Source: Octopus bimaculoides (taxonomy: Eukaryota). From it: DNA of 64,000 nucleotides. Position 1 is the stretch's first letter, and each line of letters opens with the position of its first letter. The stretch spans positions 61,255,520-61,319,519 of the forward strand of contig NC_068985.1 of the NCBI RefSeq assembly GCF_001194135.2, in the 5' to 3' direction. Under the pieces are notes generated by a model. That model did no database searches and was not told the origin of the DNA. It saw nothing but the letters and a program-made list of their open reading frames with translations. This document shows positions 24,472-35,707 of this stretch, one piece after another. Made by a program: the position numbers and the translations under genes.

Positions 24472-25200
24472 TGTCGTGTTTCTGTTTTTACACTCACCAT
24501 CCATACAGCTTATTTTGTAGACCACATTTCTGGCTTTGCAGTTGGCACCAGGACTATATTTGCACACAATGCAACTCTCCTCAACACACCTTGTTCTTCT
24601 GAAGGGATATGTTTTACATATTATTGATCTAATGGATCTCCTTGGTTTTTCTATAACATTTATCCTCAACTTGGTACTTTTGAGGATTTTTCGAAATTTG
24701 CGGGCCAGTTCTCCGTGTGGCGTGGCGTCCACAAACATTACTCCCTGGAACTTGTCGGTATTGTACCACGTGCTCTTTCTGTTTGTTTTGTCACTAATCC
24801 ATTGTAGTCTATTCCACTGTTTTTCAAATTGGATGTATGCTACGCAGTAACCATTTTCTGCAGACATATTTCCGGAATTAGCGTGCCAAAACGAAGACAT
24901 TTGATTTTTACCAGTACGTTGTAATTAGCACAACCATATACATGTTCACCTCTAGGGGTGAACAACTTGTATAGGATTCTGAGAATTATAACTTACTTGC
25001 AGTTCGCGCTGAAGAGGAACAGATTTTCTCGGTAAGAGGATTTTAATTCTGAAACATGTCCGCGAATAACAATGTTTTAATTTTATGTATATAATTTTCA
25101 CTGTCTTGCTCGCTTATGGTTTGGTATTTCGCTGAATTTCTTTTGAGAATTATTATGTCTTAGTAGACACAACATGTGGTCTATTTCTAGCACATTAAAT
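24472..25200 (-). mobile_element. Penelope-like element (thumb, Cys-rich linker, start of GIY-YIG) with an inverted hammerhead-bearing segment at its 5' end
   Basis: VMFVDATPHGELARKF...VIEKPRRSI...C..C...NCKARNVVYKISC on the minus strand. Hammerhead on the plus strand at 25002-25067. Confidence 0.8.
25002..25067 (+). ncRNA. Minimal type I hammerhead ribozyme motif
   Basis: Stem I GTTCGCG/CGCGAAT, core CTGAAGA, stem II, GAAA, palindromic ACATGT, GTC cleavage triplet. Confidence 0.8.
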
Positions 25201-25262
25201 GTCCACTTCACTGGTCATCTTTATATATATAAAAAAATATATATATATACATATACATATAT

Positions 25263-25309
<47 letters not shown>

Positions 25310-25804
25310 TACACACACATACCCCCACCAACACACAATAGGTACTAGTGCAGGAGTGGCCATGCAGAAAGAAACTTGCTTCCCAGCAACATGGTTTTGG
25401 GTTCTGTCCAACTGTATTGTGCCCAGGGCAAATGTCTTCTACTATAGCCATGGGCCAACCAAACCCTCGTGAATGGATTTGGTTGATGGAAACTGGAAGA
25501 AACCCATTGTGTATAAGTGTGTGTGTGTGTGTATTACTGCTTCCTGGCCTGGACTTCACACTATAGTTGTCGACAAGCATCATCATGTCAATCATTTTTA
25601 ATCTTCTTTGTGAATTTGTCTGGTTATGGAAAAATATTACTTGCTTGAGATCAGGTGAGAGTTAGAGACAGGGAGGGTATCCAACAATAGAAAAATCCGC
25701 ATCAACAAATTCTGCATGACTTATGCAAGCACGAAAGTAGACATTAAAACAATGATGATGATGCTGATGCACTCTCTCTCTCATACACACACATAAACAC
25801 ACAC

Positions 25805-25868
<64 letters not shown>

Positions 25869-27484
25869 TCAGGAAAAGTGAGAGAGACTAGAATTCTTCT
25901 TCCCATCAAAATAATCCAAAGAGAAAAATTGTAATAATTCCATGTGAGCTTAATACTTTAAGTTAATGGACAAAACCTTGATTATTGGGATACCAGAAAT
26001 GAGAGCAAATTGTTTAATGTATTTAATCTGATTTCCGGAAAATTAGGTTTTGAATGTAAGGAAATTTTTATTTTAATTAAATTTGGTTTTTATAAAGAAG
26101 TTTCATAATACCCAGCCATTGAGATACCAGCCAATAATTAACACCCTGCATATGTCATTGTAAAAAGAGACTTTTTATGACATAGTTACACCCAGATCAC
26201 AAATTAATTCATTGTTTTTAATTGTACAGGGCAAGATAAAGAATTTCACTGGATGTTTTCTCTCTGTTAAAAAGAGCTTAGGATTTTGTGGCATTTAAGG
26301 ACATGTTGTTACTTGCCCAACACTATATGGTACCTAGGTGTTAGAGCACAAAGATATCTTCTTTGTCATGATTTTCAGCATTACTATAGAGTCTTCACCT
26401 TTGCATTGATGCTGAGTATGGCTGATTGTATGCAGTTGTCTACATCTAACATCATAATGAAAAAATCAAAGAACACTTCCTTATAATTTTTTCATATAGG
26501 GTTCCATTTTCTACCACCGTTTGGTGTTGGTCTTTAATGAAATCAGACAAGTAAATGTCCAACCTCATTTTCCCACCCTCCACTATAAAAGGTTATGGTC
26601 AACTTTGTCATATCTTTAAAGAAATCAAAATATACATAGCTAATTCTTGATTCAAATAATTAAATTCTTTAGTATTTAGTTATATTGATGTACCATGAAG
26701 TTTCTTATGGATACTATTTCCTCTGAAATGTATGCATGTATGCACAAGTTATGCAACAAATATAGCAAGTGCACAGAAGTTAGTTGCCTAAAATAATGTC
26801 ATTAGTGATAATTTTATGCATTCACAGTGAAGATACTTTTGTTATAAGAGAAAGCAGCACAAACATAAGATTTCTGTGCACATTGACCCCTAAAAATTAT
26901 AGGGAACTTTGCTTTCACAACAGAAGCCATGCAAGGCATTGTTGAAACAGTTGTGCTCTGTTTAGTATGAGTGAGCTTCATTTTTCTCATTAGTTGATCT
27001 GAATGACAATGGTACCATGCAGGAGAGGTCACATCGACTTACAAATCTTTCTTTACCACCCACATGATAACTAAAGTGAATTTATAAAAATATCGACCCT
27101 ATCTGTGAATCATCTAGCATACACATATGTTCTTTATAAGTTTTGTAAATAAATATTACTTATGTGATATTCTGCTTCATTATGTAACAAAATGGGAAAA
27201 CCTGCAAACACATGAATTAATCTAGTGTCAACATGGAAATTGTTTTTATAATCAGCAAGATAAAGAATTGCCTAAAATATACAAAAAAGCAAAATTTTTA
27301 AAACTTCTATTTTTAGTAAAAGACGTTAACATTAAAATTACACACACATACATACATATATATGTAATAATAAGTATCTATCTATCTATCTATATATGTG
27401 AAGAAAGAGAGGGGAAAATGGTGAAGAGAGAAAAGACACACATGTGTATGTATGTATGCATGTATGTATGTGTGTATGTATGTA

Positions 27485-27517
<33 letters not shown>

Positions 27518-27597
27518 GTATATANNNNNNNNNNNNNNNNNNNNNNNNNNNNNNATATATATATATATATATATATCACATATATAATACTAACTCA

Positions 27598-27641
<44 letters not shown>

Positions 27642-28688
27642 TACATCTACATACACTACTCACCACATGCACACACACACACACACGAATGTATAACTTG
27701 TTTGTTTAATGGGAACATCTGCAATGAATTTGAATATTGCTGTGACTGTAGGTGGAGGAGTGTGACCAGTCCCATCTGTAACCAATGACAGAAATAACAT
27801 TGGCTATGCAAATAGCTTTCTGTAAAATATGCTGACACTATAATGAAAGAAAGTCAAATATTGTTAATTGAAATTAAATGAGCGTGTATGTTTAGAAAAA
27901 ATTGTTGGTGTCTGCATTTAACAGAGAATGTTAGCTGGAAGTGTTATGAAAGATTCCAGCTAAATTCTGATTATTTTTGGAACAAAGCTGCATTTTGTCA
28001 TGTAATCTTCCACAAATATATTTTTAATATTAAAATATGTCTAGGGCAGCTTGGAACAGTGGTATGGGTTTGGTTTGTAGTGTCTAAGTTGCAGTTGTTG
28101 GTGTATGGTTGGAAAAGGCTAGGGAAGAATGAAGGGTAGTATCATCTGCAATAAGGGTGGGAATTGTTACACATAACAGTTTGTAGGTTATTGATGTGTA
28201 AAAGAAAGAACATAAAGGGACAAAACCAAATCCTGGAGCAAACTGCAATTCATAGAACGAAGGATAGAAACTGTTCTGTTGACACATGTCATGATGGTAT
28301 AATCAGATCAAAAAATAAGAGATTTGTCTGTCTGGCATGATCAATAATGTCAAGGGCAACTACATTGCTTTCACCAAATTTTTCCAAGGCAAGAGTCTCC
28401 TGGTAGTATTTAGTTATGCCTCTTTCTGTTCTGAGTTTAAATTACACCAAGCCTAGCTTTGCCTTTGTTGTGTGGACGCCCCCAGACAATAAGTAGGCTA
28501 GTCCAATACGTATAAATAGTGGACATGATAGCTAGTCATAGAAGCATCGCGTAGAGCGAGCTACTGGAGCTGTTTGGTAGACTAGACATCGAGTTCTGTT
28601 GAGTTGAGTTGTCAGAAGTGAGAGTTTGGTAGTTGAGTAGAGGTATATTATTGGTGAAAGCACACCATTCGAACGTACGATATAACAG

Positions 28689-28699
28689 TGGTGATGAGG
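28689..28699 (+). other. Primer-binding site TGGTGATGAGG
   Basis: One base after the 5' LTR. Equals TGGCGACGAGG (complement of the tRNA-Ser(GCU) 3' end as I recall it) with both CpGs changed to TpG. Confidence 0.6.
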
Positions 28700-28789
28700 T
28701 TTTGAATAGTACTGAAATAGAAGAGTTACTGAAAGCAGTTGTCAAACAACAAGAGCAGCAACAGCAGCAACTACAGATGTTAACAGAAT

Positions 28790-31700
28790 TGTTACTGCAG
28801 TCAAGAAATATGACAGACTCATTTTCAGTCGATGATGCTGCAAATTCCATCGAAGAATTTCACTACAATCTGGATGAAGGAACTACTTTTACTGCATTTT
28901 ACAGACGATACAAAGACATATTCCAAGAGGAATGCAAGGGATGGTCTAGTGAAAGGAAGGTAAGACTTCTTTTGCGAAAGCTTGCCCCTCTGGAACATGA
29001 ATGTTTTTGTAACTTTATTTTGCCAAGAAAGCCCACAGAATTGTGTTTTGATAAAACAATAAATATTTTGACTAATATTTTTAGCAAGAAAAGTTCGCAG
29101 TTTAACATTTGGTAGGAATGTTTAAATTTGAAGAAGAATGAGTCCGACGATTTTGTAACATATGCCAGTGTGGTTAATAAGGCTTGTGAAAGGTTTAAGC
29201 TGGAAGAATTAATGCCAGATATGTTCAAGTACCTAATATTCGTTAAAGGGCTGGTGGCAATGGAAGACGCGGAAATTAGAAAAAGAATATTATCAAAGCT
29301 GAATCAAGATGTGAAACTAACCTTGCAGAAAGTGGCTGAGGAATGCCAACAAATAATAAATCTTCGAGATGATACAAGAAAGATAGAAGACAAGAATAAT
29401 AATGTACAAATGTGTAAAGAAAGTATACAAAGAAGGAAAAATTTAAATTCAAAACGGTGCTATGGTTGCGGAGAACGACATTTGAGGAAGATTGCCCCTT
29501 TAAAGATAAAACCTGTTTTAAGTTTGGTAAAATTGGACATATACAGAGGAAATGCCGGTCAAAGAAAATGGTAAAACAGAAGAAAGTCTACTCAACAAAA
29601 GTAAATTATACCAGACAAAATCGAAAATTTGTGTTGGTAGAAGTAAATGGTTTACAGACCAAAATGCAATTAGATACCAGTTCAGACGTATCGGTAGTAA
29701 ATATGACAACATGGAGTAAGATAGGCAGGCTGGTGTATAAAAAACTACTAGGATAGCTCACGGTGTGTCAGGGGAACAAGTTCATTTCTTGGGCGAAATT
29801 TCACCAGAAATAAAACTTAAAAACATGACGCAGAAAAGTAAACTAATGGTACCTAAGAATACAATGAATCTGTTTGGGACAGATTTAATGGAAGAATTCA
29901 ACCTGTGGGACCTACCACTGAATACACTATGTAATAAGATGAATGTGTCACAGTCCGTATTAGAGAAAGCATTGGAAAAATTGAAATTAAAATTGAAAAA
30001 GATGTATCCTGATGTGTTTTCGAAAGAACTTGGTATGTGTAAAAAAATCAAAATAAAGTTTGAGTTGAAAGAAAATGCAGTGCCAGTGTTCAAACCGAAA
30101 AGGAATGTAGCTTTTGTGACGTTAAATCAAGTTGAGAAGGAATGAAAAAGATTGGAAGACATGGTGGTAATTGAAAAAGTAGACTACTCTGAGTGGGCGG
30201 CTCCTACTGTATATATAAAAAAGAAGAACAACGAAATAAGAGTATGTGCGGACTTCTCAACTGGTCTTAATGATTGTTTAAAAAATTACAATTATCCGCT
30301 TCCAAACCCAGAAGAAATATTTGCTAAGTGCAATGGTGGGAAAATGTTTTCCAAGCTGGATTTGTCAGAGGTCTACCTCCAATTACAGGTAGATGAAGAA
30401 TGTGTTAAAGTATTAACAATCAATACTCATAAAGGTCTGTACCGTTTCAAAAGACTGCCATTTGGGGTGAAGGTTGCACCAGCAATATTTCAGTAAGTAA
30501 TGGATACTATCCTGGCAGATTGTGAGTTTGTGCTCCCATACCTGGATGAGATATTGATCAAAAGTGAATTGAGGGACCAACGTATTGAACAAATAAAAGA
30601 GGTTTTCAAATGAATAAGCAATTATGGGTTTAAAGTAAGTGAGGATAAATGTGAATTATTCTCGACAAAAATAAAGTACTTAGGACAGGTGATCGATGAA
30701 AACGGAAGAAAACTGGACCCTTCTAGGATCGGCGCAATAAAAAAAAATGCCTGCTCCCACTAACAAAACAACACTACAAACATTTTTAGGTCTGGTAAGT
30801 TATTACAAGTTGTACATACCTAAAATGTATGAGCTAAGAGCTCCGTTGAACAAGTTGCTAAAGAAGGACTTGAAATGGAGCTGGACAAATGAATGTCAGA
30901 AATCATACGAGGAACTAAAAAAGCAGTTAACTTCAGAGTTATCATTAACTCATTTCAACCCAAACTTGAAAATAATTGTGGCATCAGATGCCAGTGAATA
31001 TGGAATAGGAGCTGTGATATTTCATAAATTTAATGATGGTAAAATCAAAGCTATTGGACATGCATCAAGAGTTCTGTTACCAGCGGAAAAAGAGGCATTA
31101 TCATTAATCTTCGCAGTTAAAAAATTCCATAAATTCTTACATGGGAAGAAGTTTACACTGCAAACGGATCACCGACCGTTATTGTCTATTTTCAGTTTGA
31201 AAAAGGGTATCCCCATGCACTCAGCAAACCGCTTACAGCAGTGGGGGACTACCCTGTTGAACTACAATTTCCAGCTGGAGTTTTTACCATCAATGAAAAT
31301 GGGACATGCAAATGGGTTGTCTAGGCTAATTCCAAAATATGAGGAACCTTTTGAAGACATGGTGATTGCATCGTTAAAATTAGAAATTGAACTGAAGAAT
31401 ATTTTGTGCAATGTAGTACATGATTTGCCGGTAACGTTGGAACAAATTAAATTGGAATCAGGAAAAGATAGGTTCATAAACAAGATTTAAAAAATGCTGA
31501 GTAACATGAAAAATATAAATGAGCGGGATGCAGGTTCAAAGCATTATTCAGTATGTGATGAGGTATTATTATATGCGCAAAGAGTGGTAATACCTGAAGC
31601 ACTGCAAAACAGAGTATTAAAAGACTTCAATGTAGGACATCTGGGGATTGTCCGGATGAAGAGCCTCATGAGGAGTTACGTTTATTGGCTGAATATGGAC

Positions 31701-32631
31701 AAACAAATTGAGAAACTGGTAAAACAGTGTAGGGGATGCACTATGGCAGCACAGGCAAAAATGGATTCGGCATGGTCTAGACTGCATGTGAATTTTGCAG
31801 GACCAATAAATGGCTCTCATTATATCATCGTGGTGAATAGCTATTCCAAATGGCCTGAAGTGTGTAAATGCTCAAGGCCAACCACAAATGTGACGATTGA
31901 CTTCTTGGAAGAACTGTTCGCTTGGTATGGAGTGCCAGATACGATCATGTCAGATAATGGGACAATTCACAGCAAAGGAGTTCAAAAGATTCTGTAAGTT
32001 GGTTCAGATGACGCATGTGTTAACTCCTCCATACCATCCAAGGTCAAATGGGTTAGCAGAAAGATTCATCGACACATTCAAGAGAGCTTTAAAAAAGACC
32101 AGATGGGAAACCCTTGAAGATACAAAGATGACAAAGTTTTTGCAGCTGTATAGAATAACACTAAATCCAAATGCAGAGTCAGGTATGTCACCCACAGATT
32201 TGATGTTTTCCAGAAAAATTTGTTCTATTTTTGATAAATTGTTGCTGAGTAGGAAACAGAAAATAGAAAATTCAGGAAGAAGATCGAAATTTTTTAACAC
32301 AGGTGATGAAGTGTATTTTAAAATATATAGAAATGGAAAACAGGACTGGGAACAAGGAATTATAACTGGACGTCTGGGTAAAGTGATGTACATGGTAGTA
32401 GGACCAAAATATGAACACAGAAGGCATTTAAACCAATTTTTAAAAAGATATACCAAAAATCAAGAGAAGCAAGAGGAACAAATGGATACATGGTATGATT
32501 TGTTCGAGGTCCCAGAACCACAAGCAGAAGCAGAACCGACACATAGGTTGAACAGGAAGAGAAAACCTACAGAAATGATGGAAATAAATGCTAAGAGAAA
32601 GAGATATGCCAGTTTCTCATCAAGGAAATAA
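28790..32631 (+). pseudogene. gag-pol pseudogene (gag, protease, RT, RNase H, integrase) with stops and frameshifts
   Basis: LDTSSDVS, YSEWAAP, FSKLDLS, LPFGV, YLDEILI, ASDASEYGIG, TDHRPL, HLGI..MK, IMSDNG, YHPRSNGLAERF. Confidence 0.95.
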
Positions 32632-34159
32632 AATTGATAAATTTGGGTTTAGAAAAAAAAGAAAACTCTCAAAAGGGGGAGGTGTTGTGTGGACACCCCC
32701 AGACGATAAGTAGGCTAGTCCAATATGTATAAGTAGTGGATGTGATAGCTAGTCATAGAAGCATCACGTAGACTAGACATCAAGTTCTGTTGAGTCGAGT
32801 TGTTGGAAGTGAGAATTTGGTAATTGAGTAGAGGTATGTTATTGGTGAAGGCACGCCATCCGAACGTGCGATATAACAGCCTTTCATGTTTCCAGGGCCA
32901 ATAAAATATAAAATACCAGTTGATTATTGGGAACTATCTAATTGGTTATATCCAGAGCCCTGAACCAAAGTTAGAAATCATGATAATAAAGTCAACTCTT
33001 AAACTACTGAGACAGTCATTCTTTCTTGTCTTCATCCCTTTATTCTTTCCTTCCTTCCTTGTATGAAATCATAGAGCTATAAATAAACTTTCAACAAACT
33101 AAACCTGCGAACCAAGTTCAATTCCAAGTTGAAGCTAATTCACTTCATTTACAACTAAGAAAGGCCTAAATGTCATCACACTGTCTTAATCTTTTTTTGT
33201 CTATAATCTGTGGCCTTGGTAACAAATCAGTATAGTTAATGTGTTCCTGTTGTTAGGGAATTAATCTTCATCTTACCAAGAACTGGAATAATCTTAACAA
33301 CAAAATAGACATTAATGACTCAAGAAAGTGATACCATATCTACACAAGGAAGCTTCTTCATGGGTGACTTTGCTAGAAACAACTGAGATCTCCTTTATAT
33401 CACACACAACTGTGTTAAAAAAAGTGGGGAAGTGAACACATTACATAATGTTGTCTTACATATAACTATGTGCAGAAAAGTGGAGATAGCCATGACTGGA
33501 ATATTTAATCAGGGCTGATGTAGGGTTAAACAATAACAACACTTAGAATGTTGGGAGATTATACTTGCTTTATTTGATTGTTGCTGTTGTAGTTGTTTTT
33601 AGGATTATTTTTTGTTGTTGGTATTTTAGTCATTTTGATTGATATTGTTGTTATTGTCATTGTTCATCTCAGATCTTCTTTAGTCAAAGGTGTTCCAACC
33701 ATGACCAGTCCATATTTTTGTATACCGGGGACAAATACAACCGAACATGTCCTTTCTTTCTCAATGTCACTGAATGGGATTTGTGGGAAATATGGCTGCT
33801 ATGCCCAGCAAGGTAACCACAAACAAATTCCTTATATTGATACACAGTATGTGCATGTATGTATGTCTGCCAGAATGTATGTTTGTTTCAATCTGTTATA
33901 TATGTATATGTTGCTGTGCACACATTATTTCCCAATAAACAGCAACGCTTGACATTTTCAACAAAATAACCCAGTTTAAGATATAGTTTAAATTGGTTTC
34001 AACCAACAAAAGTCACCAACAGAAGTCAGCAATGAAATCGCTTGAAATAATAACCAAATCTTCCTCATATCACTCTACAAGGAAGAGCATTGTGAATAAA
34101 ATTGTCCTAGATACACTATGTCTGATACTGCCACCACCACAATCACCAACACCACCATC

Positions 34160-34280
<121 letters not shown>

Positions 34281-34482
34281 AGTTAATGATTGAACCTGAT
34301 CAGATGATATCAGACAGTGAAATATTAGTCTATATTACACAGCGTTGTCTTAACAGAAAATGTGGCACAGTATGGAATGGTTCAGAAATTTATATATATA
34401 ACATGAAAGAAAATATATTTAACATACATACAAGTATATACATACAAGCACATGCACATGTGCACATAGACATATACTCACA

Positions 34483-34513
<31 letters not shown>

Positions 34514-35583
34514 TTATATATACATGTATATAAAATGTCTGTAATGATTGCTATATGAAAGCACTTTTAACTTTCCATGATATCAGTTATTTATAGTTCT
34601 TCCTAAACAGCTATTACTTGTTTGGAATCTTCAAAAAAGAAACTAGTGTTTAATGATTTTCTATTTATCTGATTTTTATCACAACTTCCACTATTTGTCA
34701 ACACATTTATTAATACAGTTTCATCTTCAACATGATATAGAGTTAAAATTCAATAAGCAAACATTGATGCTTTTTTTTTTCTCTAAAGGTCTCACACTTA
34801 TATAATTTTATTTTACCCTAGTTGTAGAAAGTTGGAGAATTCTTAAGATTTGCAAGATGTTTTCTACAGTTCTGTATCCATTCAGAAAAAAAATTATCAT
34901 TCAATTGGAAGTAGAAAGGCAGCAATCATAAACATTTTTCTGTGATTCCAAGAATGGTGGGAGAAGGGAAGGAAAGAACCAAAGACCACCTAGTCCAATA
35001 TGGTGCAGCAACAGTGTGGGTTTTACTAAAAGCACCAATATGCCTGTGAGTGATGTTAAACAAGGCAAAATATACAATCTAATCAAAAACAGCTTCAGAA
35101 CACCCAACAAGCTTCCAGGCTGTTTCCACCAAACCAATTTTCACACTAGTCTTGGATTGACCCATGATTAAGGCAGAAGAGACCAGCTCCAGGTACTGTT
35201 CAGTGGGATCAAACATGGAATCAAGAGAGCTTGGAAGAGAACTTTTTAACCACAAAGCTATGCCTGCATCACTCATGAATCAGAGTTACAAAAACCTTAT
35301 TGTTTGTGAAGCTCTAGCTGAAGATAGATTAAGGTAGCTGGTCAAACTGATGAGTTATGAGTAAAAAACCCAATTCATTGTAGCCTTGAATATATTTCCT
35401 TCAATAACCCATATCTGCTTGGAAGAAAATGACTATTATAGAAAAGGACCAGAATTAAGTACTGAGTATTAGAAACAGGGACCACATTAACCATAATTAA
35501 CTTGCATCCTGACTAGTTGAAGACTTGTCTCTTTATTTTATGGGAACCTAATAGACAATTTATAACACAAAGCAGTAAGTAGT

Positions 35584-35707
35584 AAAATGTAATAATCAGT
35601 GATAAATGTAATAATCAGTGATAAATATAATGGTCAGTAATAAATGTAATGGTGGTGCAAAATATAATAGTCAAGACCAAGTGTAATGGCCAGTGCTAAA
35701 TGTAATG
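35584..35707. repeat. Degenerate 19-bp minisatellite
   Basis: AAATGTAATAATCAGTGAT-type unit, about 6-7 copies, decaying rightwards. Confidence 0.8.

Larger units (their letters stand above)
28466..32878 (+). mobile_element. Structurally complete but defective Gypsy (Mag/K02A2.6-like) LTR retrotransposon, 4413 bp
   Basis: LTRs 28466-28687 and 32683-32878 (TG...CA), TSD GCCTT (28461-28465, 32879-32883), PBS at 28689, PPT AAAAGGGGGAGG at 32671-32682. Confidence 0.97.
28400..32940 (+). mobile_element. SINE split by the Gypsy insertion (halves ~28400-28465 and ~32879-32940)
   Basis: Joined flanks TTCTGAGTTTAAATT...TTTGCCTT|TCATG...CAATAAAAT...TACCAGTTG match the intact SINE at 49791-50003. Confidence 0.75.

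Noticed and set aside
35345-35400. CTGATGAG followed by a weak hairpin
   Set aside because: No GAAA, stem III or stem I, so not a hammerhead.
35584-35707. Short regularly spaced repeats as a CRISPR array
   Set aside because: Contiguous minisatellite without unique spacers, in a eukaryotic context.
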